A stretch of DNA of 64,000 nucleotides. It comes from an uncultured Phycisphaerales bacterium (GTDB lineage Bacteria; Planctomycetota; Phycisphaerae; Tepidisphaerales; Tepidisphaeraceae). Of the stretch, positions 42,120-56,364 are shown piece after piece. A program made the translations under genes and the position numbers. Below the pieces are notes generated by a model. It did not search any database, was not told the DNA's origin, and saw only the letters and a list, made by a program, of their open reading frames with translations. The stretch spans positions 96,001-160,000 of the forward strand of contig CAWJPJ010000004.1 of NCBI GenBank assembly GCA_963844715.1, written 5' to 3'. Each line of letters starts with the position of its first letter. The first letter of the stretch is position 1.

Positions 42120-45100
42120 ATGTTCGATGTGTGGCCTTCGGCGGGCGGGAAATCCATCGTTTCTTATTCTGAATTTTTGCGTGCACGACAAAGGATTAGC
42201 CGTCGCAACCAGCGCCGATTCCGCGCGGTGATGGAAGCGCTGGAGCGGCGTCTGCTGCTGTCTCAGACTTTCACGGTGACGAACCTGGCCGACGACGGGC
42301 GCACGGGCTCGCTGCGCTGGGCGGTCGAGCAGGCGATGACGGCCGGGGGGACGAACACGATCGACTTCACGGTCAGCCTGAGCGGAACCATCAACATGCT
42401 TAACGGTCCGAATCATCTCGGACCGCTTGTGTTTAACAGCGGGACGAATACCACCATCAAGGGGACGCCGCTGATCAATATCGACGGGAACGACGATTCC
42501 ACGGTTTGGGAAGTTGAGTCGGGCGCAGACTTTGACTCTGGATGATGTCACTACCACGGGCGGGAACTTTTTTGGCCCGATCTCCGCCGGGGATATCTAC
42601 AACGACGGAACGCTGAATATCACCGACGGCTCCGATATCGTCGGCGTGGCGGAGGCGAACTATCACAGCATCGAAGTCCCGGTCGGAACTCTCGAAGGCG
42701 ATGGCGGGGCCATCTTCAACGACGCCGGCGCAGGTTCTCAACATCACCGGCGCGACGACCACGATCTCCGGGTCCGCCGAACTCGGCGGCGGAATCTACA
42801 ACACGGGCGGGACGGTGAGCATCACCGGGGCTTCCATTACCGGAACGGCGAGCACGGGCGGCGGCATCCTCAACACCGACGGGGGAATGGTCACCATTCT
42901 GGGCGCCACTTTTGACGCCTGTGCCGCTGACGAGGCCGGCGCCGCGATCTGCAACGAAAACGGGAGCATGCTCACCGCCACGAACAGCACCTTCACCGGC
43001 GGTTCGGCCGAATGGGGCGGGGAGATCGCTAACTATTCTTACGGGACGATGACTCTGGCTGGGGATACCCTCACCACCGGGACGGCGACGGACGGGGGCG
43101 GGATCTTCAATTACACCGGCGCTTTGCTCAACATCACGGGCACGACCATCAGCGCGAACACGGCTTCCTTCTACGGCGGCGGCATCTACAACTTTCAGGG
43201 AACGGTTAACTTCGCGGGCACCGACGAAGACAACAACGCTCTGGATGGGGGCGGCGTTTACAACGTGGGCGGGACGGTTACCGTCAATAATTCCACTATC
43301 ACGGGAAACAGCGCAACCGGGATCGCCAATCCCACGTATCGCGATCCGGGGGTTATCTACATCAGCGCGTACGGGGCGGGAATCGATAACACCAGCGAAG
43401 GTTCTTCCATCGAGCAATCCGTTCTCATCGTCGAAAACAGCATCATCTCCGCCAACATTGATCTTACCGGCCAAACCGGCGGCAACGCCAAGGGCGGGGG
43501 CATCTACAGCAACATCGGTTCCGTCACCGTCACCAACACCACGATCAACGACAACGTCGCCAACAGCAACAACAATTTCGCCGACGGCGCCGGGATTTAT
43601 AGTCTGACCGATACGGTGAAGATTTCCGACAGCACGATTTCCGCCAACACCGGAACGACCGGTGGGACCGGACCGACGACGCCGACTGACATTCCGTTCG
43701 TTTACGGCTTCGGGGGCGGTGTGGACAGCGCGGGCGGTGATACCATCAAGATGGTCAACAGCACGGTTGCCTATAACGACATCATCGATACAAGCAGCAA
43801 TGGAAACGCGCAGGGCGGCGGTTTTTGGGATGCGGGCAACGTCACGATCACTAACTCAACGATCGCCGACAATTCCGCTCTGGGGGCACCCTTCAATTTG
43901 GATACGCCGGACACGGAGGGCGGCGGGTTCTTCATCACTGGCTCGGGGAATACGACTATTTACAATACGCTGGTCGGTGATAACGCGGTTCAGCAGGGGA
44001 GTGGAAGCGGTTTTGCGCCGCAGGATTTCGACGGGTCTCTGGACCGCAGTCTTGGCAGCGGACAAACGGCAAGCTCGTTCAATCTCGTGAGCACGCGGTT
44101 GTCGGGGAACGGGTTTAATATCGCCGGGGGTCTGACTAACGGGGTCAACGGAAATATCGTCGGCTCCGATCCGAACCTCGGCTTGCTCCAGGACAACGGG
44201 GGCGATACCGATACGATGGGTCTGCTTTTTGGGAGTCCCGCCATCAACGCCGGCGACAACGCCCTGGCCGTCGATCTAAACGGGAATCCGCTGACAGCCG
44301 ACCAGCGTGGCGGAACTTTTGTTCGAATCATCGACGGCACCGTCGACATCGGCGCTTTCGAGAATCAAAATCCCTCGGGCGACGGCAGCCCCACGGATTC
44401 CGGGGCCTCGTCTCCGGGCGTCAGTTCCTCGAGCAGCGACTCGAGCAGTACGTCGACCGACACCAGCGGAACCAGCGGCTCTTCAATAATCGTTCCCTCT
44501 TTGATTTACGTCGGCAACGTCGCGGCGCCGACTGATGTCATCACCCCGTCGCCATCGAACACGGGCGTACCTTATTCTCCGCAGCAAATTGACGCGGCGT
44601 ATGGGGTGGATCTGGTCTCCTTTGGGGGAACGGCGGGGACGGGAGCGGGAGTCACCGTCGCGATTGTGGACGCATATGACGACGCCGATGTGGTTTCCGA
44701 CGCGAACGTCTTCAGCGACGCGTTCGATCTTCCGAACTTCAATGTAGGCGGTCCGACCTTGCAGGTATACAACGAAGCGGGGGCGCTTGGACGGCGCCGG
44801 CGGACGCTACGCCGCCCAGCGCCATCGAAATGGACTGGCTTGAGGAAGAGGCTCTGGACGTCGAATGGGTTCACGCCATCGCGCCGATGGCGAACATCGA
44901 CGTCTTTGAAGCCACGACTCAAAATCTCAGCGACCTGATGACTACCGTGCAAAGCGCTGAGAATACGCCTGGCGTGTCCGTCGTTTCGATGAGCTGGGGT
45001 TACCCCGAGACGCCGCTCAATGTGGGCCAAAACAGTATTTTCACCACGCCGATTGGCCATTCACCGATCACTTTCGTGGCGAGTTCGGGGGATGATGCTT

Positions 45101-47445
45101 CGCCCGATGAGTCGTTCCCCGCAACGAGTCCCAACGTCGTCGCCGTCGGCGGTACGCGACTGAACATCAACACGGATGGAACGTACGGGACGGAATCGGC
45201 GTGGGACGGCGGGGGCGGGGGGGTCAGCCTGTACCAATCGCAACCGTCTTACCAGGTGGGCAATGTGGATGGCGTCAGTTCTACCAATCGCGCCGCCCCG
45301 GATGTTGCTGCCGATGCGGATCCGGCAACCGGCGTCTACGAATTTTTCAGCTACAGCAACGGAAGCATGATCATCGACAATTGGGGGCAGATCGGCGGAA
45401 CCAGTTTGGCGGCCCCGATTATGTCAGGGATGATCGCCATCGCCGATCAGGGGCGGGCGCTGGGCGGCCAATCGGCTCTTGACGGGCCGACGCAGACACT
45501 CCCCATGCTCTATGCCGCCCCGGCGTCCGACTTCAACAGCATCACGACCGGTGATAACGGTTATCTCGCAACCGCGGACTATAATTTGGCGACAGGACTG
45601 GGGACGCCCATCGCGTACAAGCTCATTCCGTATCTGGCGGGTTTCAGTTCGCCCGCGCCGCATCTGGTGTTCACGAGCCAACCCACGACGGAGGTTGCCG
45701 GGCAGGATATCAATTCGATTACGGTGGCGGTCGAGGACGGAAGCGGGAATGTGATTACGAGCTTTGATGGGACGGTTGGACTTGCCGCGGAGGGTGGGCC
45801 GGGCACATTGGCGGGCACGGTTACGGAACAGGCGGTCAATGGCGTGGCCACGTTCAGCGGGGTCGATCTGACCGAGATCGGGACCTATACGTTGCAAGCC
45901 GCCAGCGGGGATTTGCCGGATGTGCAGTCCGGGAGTTTCGCGGTTGTCCCGGCGGCCGCGGCTAAGCTGGTCTTCCTGGAGCAACCGAGCACAGCGGCGG
46001 CGACGGCGCCGATTTCGCCGGCTATTTCCGTTGAAGTTGAGGATCAATTTGGGAATGTGGTCACGACCGATTCTTCTGACATCACGCTGGCTATCACGCA
46101 AGGGCCGAGCGGCGCCGCGTTGAATGGGACGACCACTGAGGCCGCCGTCAGCGGTGTCGCGACTTTCGCCAACCTTTCCATCAATACGGCCGGAACCTAT
46201 GAACTGACGGCCAGCGATGGGAGTCTCACATCGGTGGTCTCGAACCAGTTCATTGTCACGCTTGGCGTGCTGTCGCAACTCGGATTCAAAGTCGAGCCGA
46301 CGACGATCGCCGCTGGAGGCGTTATCAGCCCGGCTTTGCAGGTCGTTCTGGAAGACAACGGCGGGAACCCGGTTGTCGGTTACACGGAAAACGTGACGCT
46401 CTCGATCGCGTCGGGTTCGGGGACGCTCAAGGGAACGCTCACGCAGATTACCAGCGGGGGCGTGGCGACGTTCAGCAATATTTCCATTGACTCGGCCGGG
46501 ACGTTCACCCTGCTGGCGACGACGACGGGGAATATCAACGGGACGTCGACGAGCTTTACGGTTACGGCGGGGGCGGCAAAGGAATTGAGCTTCGTGGACG
46601 AGCCGACGAGCACCGCCGCGGGGGCGACGATCACTCCGGCGGTGACGGTGGAGGTTGAAGACCAGTTCGGGAATCTGGTGTCGGATGACGAGAGCACGGT
46701 GAGCCTCTCGCTGGCAAGCGGGGGAGTGCTGGCGGGGACGGTTTCAGCGGCGGCCGTGAACGGCATGGCGACATTCAGCGCCCTGTCGCCGGACGCATCG
46801 GGGTCTCAGGAACTTAAGGCCAGCGACGGAATTCTCACGCCGGCGTTCTCGTCGGCGTTCACGGTGACCCCCGGGGCGGCGACGCAAATCGGATTTATCT
46901 CGACCCCATCGGCTTCGTGGATTGGAACATCGGTCGATCTGCTGGTTGGGGTTGAAGATCAATTCGGCAACGTGGTTTCCTCGGCGCCGGCCGTGATCAC
47001 ACTCACGCCGGTTACCACTCCGAGCGGCGGATCGATTTTGGGTTCGCTGACGGCGACGACCGTGAACGGGGTCGCGACATTCGATCTGGCGCTGGGAACC
47101 GCCGGGACTTATTCGTTCGCGGCGAATAATGATACGTTCGGCACGGCCGACTCCGGGTCCATCACGGGGCTCACTCCGCCGGTGCGGCGTTATCTGTTCA
47201 ACGGGGTTCCGATCGGCCCGGTGCTGCTCTCCTTCCAGGAGAAGAACACGGTGGGCGGACTTCCGCCGGCGTCGGACTTTGTCGCGGATTCCGCGCCGTT
47301 GCCGGATATAGCTCCGGCTATCAAGGTGATGACGGACATTGCGCAGACCGCTCCGCAGTCGGCTGCCGCGGGGAGTCCGTTCTCGGATGTGCCGGTTAAT
47401 AATCTGGATGCGACGAGCGACGAGTTGGATTCGCTGCTGGATTGA
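42120..47445 (+). CDS. Giant surface protein: LEPR-XLL N-terminus, beta-helix GGGI repeats, choice-of-anchor-Q-like segment, S53 peptidase, Ig-like repeats (frameshifts near 42530, 42720, 44800)
   Basis: MEALERRLLLS; GGGIYN repeats; SPAINAG..DQRG..VDIGAFE; EEALDVEW, ASSGD, GGTSLAAP; repeated V.VEDQFGN...GVATF. Confidence 0.85.
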
Positions 47446-47486
47446 GCGGAATAGGGATTTCGCGGCCTCAAGCTATGACCCTCCTG

Positions 47487-47540
47487 ATGATCTCCGCCCG
47501 GCCCATGAATCGAAAGGAGCGGTCGATCTATGAAAAGAAA
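47487..47540 (+). pseudogene. C-terminal remnant of a BrnT toxin
   Basis: Translates MISARPMNRKERSIYEK, overlapping the antitoxin start as in brnTA operons. Confidence 0.65.
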
Positions 47541-47790
47541 ACTTCAAACTGACGCGTCATTCGTTCGCGATGAATCGTCCGCCGGCACGCGGCATCTCGA
47601 CTTGTCCAAAATGCGTCCGGGGTCTTTCCCGGACCTGAAGCCGAGCAGTTCGACGATTTCGCTGCGCCTGCCGATATGGATGCTGCACGAGCTGAAGCGA
47701 TTGGCGAATCAGCGCGACGTTCCTTATCGGAGTTTCATCAAAATGATTCTTGCTGAGCGCTTGGTTCCCGGGAAGAAACGCACCGGGTGA
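47530..47790 (+). CDS. BrnA/CopG-family antitoxin
   Basis: FPDLKPSSSTISLRLPIWMLHELKRLANQRDVPYRSFIKMILAERL. Confidence 0.8.
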   Translation: MKRKLQTDASFVRDESSAGTRHLDLSKMRPGSFPDLKPSSSTISLRLPIWMLHELKRLANQRDVPYRSFIKMILAERLVPGKKRTG

Positions 47791-47997
47791 AGATTCCGGG
47801 CCGGCTGACGCATTACCCAGTTTTCCCGGCGGATGCTTGCTCTCGGGATGCAATGGCGGCCGATGATCCTGGGGCGAGGTGATTTTGCTTTTGACATTCA
47901 AGAGTTCCCGCGGAATGTGCAAGGATGCGCATATCCCGGAGTACCGGGGAGAGGCGAAGAATTTCAGGCGCGGCGAGGCAGGTTGGGAGGGGGAGCG

Positions 47998-49526
47998 TTA
48001 TTTGTTTCCAAGTGTGAAAATGATGTCGCCCTTTCCCGTGGCGTCTCTTTCCACGCCGCCGTCGTCGACTTCGTCGGGGCCTACGCTGTAAACGATCCAT
48101 TTGTTCTCTTTGATCGCTAGCCGCAAGGGATGGCCGTCGAAGGGATCGGTGGGTATGGCGGGCAAATATTTTGGGACCAGGGCATTCAGATTGTCGGGGA
48201 GTTTTCCGTGGTCCAGGCGATAGCGGGTTGCGGCGACGGCGGTTTGTGCGCAGGCGTCCGTCGCCTGGAATCTCGCGAAGGTCTGCAGGGCCATTAAGAG
48301 ACTCGGCGCCTGAATTTGCACGAACAAGCCGCCTAGTCGCGCGCCGCCCGGCGAATACGGCAACTGATCACCAATCTCGTAGTAGGGCTGGGTCGCCGCG
48401 TTTTGCAGTCGCTCCATCAGTTGGGAGTAGCCGCGCGAGTCCGTCCATATCCACTGAAATTGCCCCCACAAGCCATCCGATACCGGCAATTGATATATCC
48501 GTAGTCCATATCTTTCCTCCCCGCGCATCGCTTGTTGAAAAGCGATATCAGCCTGCGGTAGATTTTCCAAATTCAATTCATGCAAATCCTCCTGCTTTGC
48601 AACCGATGGAAGTGATTCTTCCAACGCCGCATCGCCCAGCGCCGATTCCAAGTCCAAGCAGTGACTGAACCAACAAGGGTCTTCGCATCAATTGTCGACT
48701 GAGGTGCAAGATGGCATTCGCATCTTCGATTGCCGACTCGATATTCCCGCGCGCGATCTCCTCCTTAGCATTAAGCCACAGAAGCCTGGCCGCGGTTTGC
48801 TCACACCCTAACCCGGTTGCGAAGCGTAAGGGGAAATCCGGTACCTGTAAGTCGTCGTCGAACTGACACCGCCGCATGGTCGCCGCTGCGCAATTCGTCG
48901 ATCGCGGCGGCATGGCGATTCAGATACGCGAGGGTGGCGGGCTCTTTTGGATCAAAAGTAACGGAATCGCCGAAGGGTCGGTTGTGAATATCGGTTCCTG
49001 GATCAGCCGCGAGTTCTGCAAATACCTTTGAATAGATTGGCGCCGCATTCGGTCCATTGCCGTTGATTGCGGCCGCTGTCGCCGCGTATTCCGTGGCCAC
49101 CGCGTCGCTTCGGGAAATGGTCCGCGCCAGAGACGCCCGATTCAAATGGAAGGCTACAAGATATGCCGCCCCTATCGCGGCAAGCAAACCAAGCACACGG
49201 GGCGTTCGACGCCATCGAGCACTGGCGGGGCGGGAATGTTGGCGATACCGCGAGGCGCGATAAATAATCAATATGCCGGCGATCAGATAGGCCGCGGCTA
49301 GCGAAGTGAAATACGCGAACCAATTGTCCTCGACTCTTAGGCTGAATTTCCAAAACCCTGCGAGAAGGACCAAGCTAGCCAGTAACGCCGACGGCACAAG
49401 AAAGAACAGAATCAAACTCGCGATTCGCAACCACGCCGGCCTGATTCGCCCCAGAAACGCAGCCGCCGCGGCTACCCATAGCCAGGACGCGAGCAACATG
49501 CTGACCCAGAAGAGCCCGACGTACAT
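47998..49526 (-). CDS. Membrane protein with C-terminal GspG-like motif (frameshifts)
   Basis: N-terminal TMs; RYRLDHGKLPDNLNALVPKYLPAIPTDPFDG..YSVGPDEVDDGG. Confidence 0.7.
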
Positions 49527-49661
49527 TCAAACCCTCAATCGACTTCCGGCGAAGTCAAATCTTGTCTGGTATTGTACTCCTTGGGGGGGCGAGAGGGGGG
49601 GCGATGCGGGATTCTGGGTGGTGGGGTGGTTTGTGGGACTGACTTTGTGGAGGGAGGGGCA

Positions 49662-49685
49662 CGCGGTGCTGCGCACCGCCGCTAA
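49662..49685. repeat. REP-like element family A with upstream G-tracts
   Basis: CGCGGTGCTGCGCACCGCCGCTAA. Confidence 0.9.
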
Positions 49686-49729
49686 ATGGGAAGACGATTG
49701 AAATTGGGCCGGTGCCGGTTTCTGCGTTT

Positions 49730-50248
49730 CTACTTCAGTTGGGACTGGATCGCGGCGACCAGGTCCTCAAACTCGAATGATCCGTCGTTCCTTTCCCCGT
49801 TGATGAAAAAGGTTGGGGTGCCGTTGACGCCGCTGCGGGCGCCGCCTAGGAAATCACTTTTTACTTTGGGCTGATATTTGCCGGTGGTTAGGGCGGTTTT
49901 TAGTCCTTCGGCGGAGAGCTTCAGATCGGTGGCCAATTGGAAGAGCAGGGCGTCGCTTAGTTCCTGCTGGTTCTCGAAGATCGCATCGTGCATTTCCCAG
50001 AATTTCTTGTGCGCGGCGGCGAATTCGGCGGTTTCGGCGGCCGCTTCGGCGCTGGGGTGAATCTCGTTGAGCGGGAAATTCCGGAAAACGAAGGCCAGCT
50101 TGTCTCCAAAATGTTTCTGAACCGCTTTGACGATCGGATAGGCGTGCCCGCAGTGGGGGCACTGGTAATCCCCGTACTCGACGAGCATAACTGTGGCGTC
50201 GATTTCACCCTGAAGATGATCGTCGGCGCTGACGGGAATTTTTAGCAT
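49730..50248 (-). CDS. DsbA-like thioredoxin-fold protein
   Basis: EYGDYQCPHC, FRNFPL, GVNGTPTFFING. Confidence 0.9.
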   Translation of the reverse strand: MLKIPVSADDHLQGEIDATVMLVEYGDYQCPHCGHAYPIVKAVQKHFGDKLAFVFRNFPLNEIHPSAEAAAETAEFAAAHKKFWEMHDAIFENQQELSDALLFQLATDLKLSAEGLKTALTTGKYQPKVKSDFLGGARSGVNGTPTFFINGERNDGSFEFEDLVAAIQSQLK

Positions 50249-50264
50249 GGCTTATGCTCCTGGT

Positions 50265-50732
50265 TTATTTGGGGAGGGACTCCAGAGCCGAGAGAATTCC
50301 GTCGGCGCCGGGATTGACCGCGACGGGCGAGCAGTAACTCCAAAAAATCACGCCTTTGCTGTCGATCACAAAGAGAGCCCGTTCGCAAAAGCCGTCCTGC
50401 GGCCGATACGCGCCGTAAGCTTTGGCGACTTTGCCCTTGGGCTCGAAATCCGCCAGGAGGGGGAAATGCAGGTGTCTTGCGTCGGCGAACGCCTCGTGAC
50501 ACCAGACGCCGTCGACGGAGATTCCGAGGAGTTCCGCCTTGTGTTTTTCAAACTCGGGGAGAATTTCGTTGTAGACCGCCATTTGATCGCCGCAGACGGG
50601 GCTGAAATCGGCCGGATAGAACGCGAGAATCACCGGGCGACCGCGAAGCTCGCTGAGGGAAAGCTTTTGATCGGGGGTGACATTCAATGTGAAATCCGGC
50701 GCGGCGGTTCCGGGTCCCAATAGGTTTGGCAT
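50265..50732 (-). CDS. AhpC/TSA-family peroxiredoxin
   Basis: APDFTL, FYPADFSPVC, GISVD, FPLLADF, ERALFVID. Confidence 0.9.
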   Translation of the reverse strand: MPNLLGPGTAAPDFTLNVTPDQKLSLSELRGRPVILAFYPADFSPVCGDQMAVYNEILPEFEKHKAELLGISVDGVWCHEAFADARHLHFPLLADFEPKGKVAKAYGAYRPQDGFCERALFVIDSKGVIFWSYCSPVAVNPGADGILSALESLPK

Positions 50733-50860
50733 TATCGAGCTCCGTGATTTCCGGTCATTCCTGCGGTCGGGAGCGCTGAATGCTACACCTAGTCTGTCAA
50801 TTCTGGCAATGAAATTTTTGCCCGGCGACAATGAGATCGGCGTTTAGGCGGCATGCCGAA

Positions 50861-51478
50861 TTATGTCCCCGCGCCGATCGTCTGCCGAAACCGCTCAACA
50901 ACTTGCTCGGCAATCGCCCGATTTTTCGATGAGAATCGGTAGCTTATCGACGATGTTCCGGCACGATGGATGGTCAAATCGCATGCTTTCGAAGTGGGAT
51001 GCAAATTCCATTTGAGCGGTTTGAGCGTGATGTCGGTAATCTCGCTTGCGGGCCAGAATTTCTGCTTCATTCCGAACCAGCCGAGATGCGACGATGTCAC
51101 GCCTTGCTTGCTCGCGGTCAGGACCCTCGGGACGCGCCCCCATTTGCGGTATTTCCGCCAATCGAGGATCGCGAAGATCCAAAGGATCGAAGGCCCGACC
51201 CACAATCGCAGTGCAAACACCCAGAAAAAATGCCAGGGATAGCGCAACAGCGGGGCCACGGGGAACATGCCGTGGGTTCGCCAGAAACGAAACACGACGA
51301 TGACGGGACCGAAGGTCCATGCGGCCGCCAGTGCCGCGCAGATTGAAGGATTAATCACGTATACCCAGGTTGGCGCGACGGGAAAGGTGATCCGAACGAA
51401 ATCCGCGCCGTCTTCCAGCGTGAGCCGCTCGGGGGGCTGAGGGTGGGGAACCCGATATCCGATAACTTGATCCGCCAT
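50861..51478 (-). CDS. Hypothetical membrane protein
   Basis: 205-aa ORF with hydrophobic segments and basic C-terminal domain. Confidence 0.6.
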   Translation of the reverse strand: MADQVIGYRVPHPQPPERLTLEDGADFVRITFPVAPTWVYVINPSICAALAAAWTFGPVIVVFRFWRTHGMFPVAPLLRYPWHFFWVFALRLWVGPSILWIFAILDWRKYRKWGRVPRVLTASKQGVTSSHLGWFGMKQKFWPASEITDITLKPLKWNLHPTSKACDLTIHRAGTSSISYRFSSKNRAIAEQVVERFRQTIGAGT

Positions 51479-51489
51479 GTTGCCCGCGG

Positions 51490-53538
<2,049 letters not shown>

Positions 53539-53577
53539 AATTTGACCCGGTCAACCAATGACCACGTAGCCGCGGCC

Positions 53578-54048
53578 ATGGTTGAACAGGCCGACAAATC
53601 TTCCGACAACCCCGTTCCAAGCGATGATGAATCACTCATCGCCTTTTTAAGCGAACGCGATGTCCAGTGTCCCGTTTGCCAATACAACTTGCGGGGCTTG
53701 ATCCGACCTCGGTGCCCTGAATGCGGGACGGCGCTTCGTCTGACCGTTGGCACCGTCGACGCCTACGCCGGGACGTGGATCGCCATGACCTGTACTCTTT
53801 TTTCCGTCGGCGGAGTCGGGGTGCTATTCATCTATGCTTGCGGTAGAGACGGTGCGCCTCAATTTTCCCATTTCTGGCAAGGCGCTTGTTTCTACGGGGT
53901 CATGGCGTGTGCGCCGGCATCCGCTGTAGCGATCTTCTTCAGGCGGAGATTTCAACGTCTTTCGATGCCGGTTCAACGCTTAATTTCCCTAACGATCATG
54001 GCTTTGGCGTTGCTGGTACTCGTCGGGGCTATTTCTGCAATCGGATGA
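53578..54048 (+). CDS. Zinc-ribbon membrane protein, paralog 1
   Basis: FLSERDVQCPVCQYNLRGL..RCPECG plus three TMs. Confidence 0.75.
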   Translation: MVEQADKSSDNPVPSDDESLIAFLSERDVQCPVCQYNLRGLIRPRCPECGTALRLTVGTVDAYAGTWIAMTCTLFSVGGVGVLFIYACGRDGAPQFSHFWQGACFYGVMACAPASAVAIFFRRRFQRLSMPVQRLISLTIMALALLVLVGAISAIG

Positions 54049-54189
54049 GATATTTTCGCGCCCCGGTGACTTAACCAAGCTCGCGGCCATACGATCAATC
54101 GATGAAAGACCCCCTCGTCTTCCCGCCGGACCTGCCAAATTCTCTGCAAAAAAACCTGCCGGATTACGTCTACCTGACGGAGGTGACTT

Positions 54190-54663
54190 ATGCTGAGCCG
54201 CTCGGTTGGAAACCTACCGGACTCGCCGTCTGATGAAGATCCAATTCTCGTCGCATACCTGAGCGAGCGCGACATCCGGTGCCCACATTGCGGGTATAAC
54301 CTGCGCTCGCTCACTCATTCACGCTGCCCCGAATGCGGTAGTCAGATTAGGCTCACCGTCAGCGTGGTGGATTCCTTCTCAATGGCGTGGGTGTGCATGA
54401 TGTGCATCATCTGCGCGGCCGGCGGGATCGGCGCGTGCCTGATCTATTTCTCAATTTGCGATGGAATTCCGCTGCATATGCACTGGGCGTGGTGGCAATA
54501 CGCTTGCTTGTTTGGCGTCATGGCCTGTGCGCCCGCGACCATTTTTGGATTCTTTTTCCGACGTCGGTTTCATCGGTTGCAAAGCTATGTTCAGTGGCGG
54601 CTTGCGTGCGCGCTTTCCGGGCTGGTCGCGGCTTTCTTTTTGTTGCCGGTGTTATTTTCGTAA
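54190..54663 (+). CDS. Zinc-ribbon membrane protein, paralog 2
   Basis: YLSERDIRCPHCGYNLRSL..RCPECG plus three TMs; shares GVMACAPA..FFRRRF with paralog 1. Confidence 0.75.
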   Translation: MLSRSVGNLPDSPSDEDPILVAYLSERDIRCPHCGYNLRSLTHSRCPECGSQIRLTVSVVDSFSMAWVCMMCIICAAGGIGACLIYFSICDGIPLHMHWAWWQYACLFGVMACAPATIFGFFFRRRFHRLQSYVQWRLACALSGLVAAFFLLPVLFS

Positions 54664-54670
54664 GCACGCT

Positions 54671-55153
54671 TTAGCCAAACTCAACGCGCTTAGCGGATTG
54701 CTTTCTTCCCAACCGGCCGATCACGACCTCGGCTTTGAAATAATTCTCCCCGCGCACGGGCGATCCTGCCAGTCGCCTCAGCGTTGCCAGTTGCCCGATA
54801 TGGGTCAGCGCATCCGCGAAGGGCCCTTGAAACAATTTCTCCGCCGGCGCGGCCAGTGGCGCATTTGAGCGCAGATAATCATCGAATTTCTTCAGTGCCG
54901 CGTAGAATCGGCTGACCCCCTGCGGCCAGGATTTCACTTTCGTATTCCGCCACTTGGGGCTTCGACTGGCCATCGCGTAGGCCCAGTCCATGAGATCGCA
55001 AAGATGAGCGAGGATTTCGGCGGCCGATCGCGTGGTCTTTGCCGCGCGAACGGTCGCGAATCCCTTCGGCGCTTTCCGTAGCGGCTTTTCCGCGCGATAG
55101 GCGAGCGTCGCCAAAGTATGTCGAAGAAAATCGCGGTCCGCATGCTGACTCAT
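54671..55153 (-). CDS. DinB-superfamily-like protein
   Basis: LRHTLATLAYR, EILAHLCDL, DALTHIGQLATLRRLAG. Confidence 0.7.
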   Translation of the reverse strand: MSQHADRDFLRHTLATLAYRAEKPLRKAPKGFATVRAAKTTRSAAEILAHLCDLMDWAYAMASRSPKWRNTKVKSWPQGVSRFYAALKKFDDYLRSNAPLAAPAEKLFQGPFADALTHIGQLATLRRLAGSPVRGENYFKAEVVIGRLGRKQSAKRVEFG

Positions 55154-55193
55154 ATGCGCGGCCTTAATTGTCGCCCGTGTTCGATGAGCCGCA

Positions 55194-55220
55194 TTTACTG
55201 GCAACTGGTAACTCGCAACT
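55194..55220. repeat. Single arm of the (CTGGCAA)n heptamer repeat
   Basis: TTTACTGGCAACTGGTAACTCGCAACT, similar to 6067-6100. Confidence 0.7.
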
Positions 55221-55231
55221 TTTCGAATCGA

Positions 55232-55768
55232 CTATTTCCCTGGCCGTTCCTTCAGATCCTTTAACATCGGGGCCCCCGAATCGCGCTTTGAGACCGTTGG
55301 GCTTCCTCCCTCATACCAACTTTTCGGCAATCCCAGGGCGGGATCATTCCAGCGCACGCCATATTCATCCTTGCCGGTATATTCGACGTCCACCAAGTAC
55401 ATAATCGTTGCCGACCCCTCGATCCGATATCCGTGCAAAACCCCGGGCGGAATATACAAGCCCTTGGGCTCGGCCGCGGATAGGGGGATCGTCCTGGCGA
55501 CCCGATGGGTCGGCGAACCTGGGCGCAGATCTACCAGGGCGACGGTGATTTTGCCTTCGGGAACCACCCAAAAATCGGTCTGAAGTTTGTGAAAATGCAG
55601 TCCGCGCACGACGCTTCCCGTTGAATGGGAGACGTTCCATTGCGCCCATGGGCGATTGGCAAACCAACTGGCGCGAAAGGCTTCGTAGAAATAGCCGCGC
55701 TCGTCCTCTCGCTTGGTCAGCAGGACGAGCTTTACGCCGTCGATTCCCGTTTCTTCTTCGTCAATCAC
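55232..55768 (-). CDS. rfbC: dTDP-4-dehydrorhamnose 3,5-epimerase family
   Basis: [42 protein letters not shown] start overlaps purE stop. Confidence 0.88.
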   Translation of the reverse strand: MIDEEETGIDGVKLVLLTKREDERGYFYEAFRASWFANRPWAQWNVSHSTGSVVRGLHFHKLQTDFWVVPEGKITVALVDLRPGSPTHRVARTIPLSAAEPKGLYIPPGVLHGYRIEGSATIMYLVDVEYTGKDEYGVRWNDPALGLPKSWYEGGSPTVSKRDSGAPMLKDLKERPGK

Positions 55769-56265
55769 GGCAGTTTCTCCGCCAGAATTTTCTTTGCCTG
55801 ATCGGCCCGATACTTCAGCAATTTCTCGCGCAAATCCGGGCGCGAATCGGCCAAAATCGCGATGGCAAACAGGGCCGCGTTGATCGCGCCGGGTTTTCCG
55901 ATAGCCAGCGTGGCGACGGGGATTCCCGCCGGCATTTGTACGGTCGATAGGAGCGAATCGATTCCGTTCAAGGCCGCGCTTTGCATCGGGACGCCCAGCA
56001 CGGGGAGGACGGTGTGCGCGGCGGTGACGCCCGCGAGGTGCGCGGCGCCTCCGGCGGCGGCGATGATGACCTTCACGCCGCGGCCCATCGCCCCGGCCAC
56101 GAATTCGCTGGTGGCCTCGGGGGTTCGATGGGCTGAAAGCACCCGGCATTCATTGGGGACGCCGAAATCGTTCAGCGTATTGGCGGCGTGCTGCATGGTT
56201 TCCCAGTCCGATTTGCTCCCCATGATGATGGCAACCAGTGGGGAGGATTCCGCGGATTTGCTCAT
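55765..56265 (-). CDS. purE: N5-carboxyaminoimidazole ribonucleotide mutase
   Basis: [31 protein letters not shown]. Confidence 0.96.
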   Translation of the reverse strand: MSKSAESSPLVAIIMGSKSDWETMQHAANTLNDFGVPNECRVLSAHRTPEATSEFVAGAMGRGVKVIIAAAGGAAHLAGVTAAHTVLPVLGVPMQSAALNGIDSLLSTVQMPAGIPVATLAIGKPGAINAALFAIAILADSRPDLREKLLKYRADQAKKILAEKLP

Positions 56266-56364
56266 GATTGGAGTTTTCCTTCCGTGCGGGCGATCCTACC
56301 ATTAGAAGATGTTCAATTCACGTGCCGATGCGGCCGATGAATTGAAACCGCGCTAAACGGGAAG

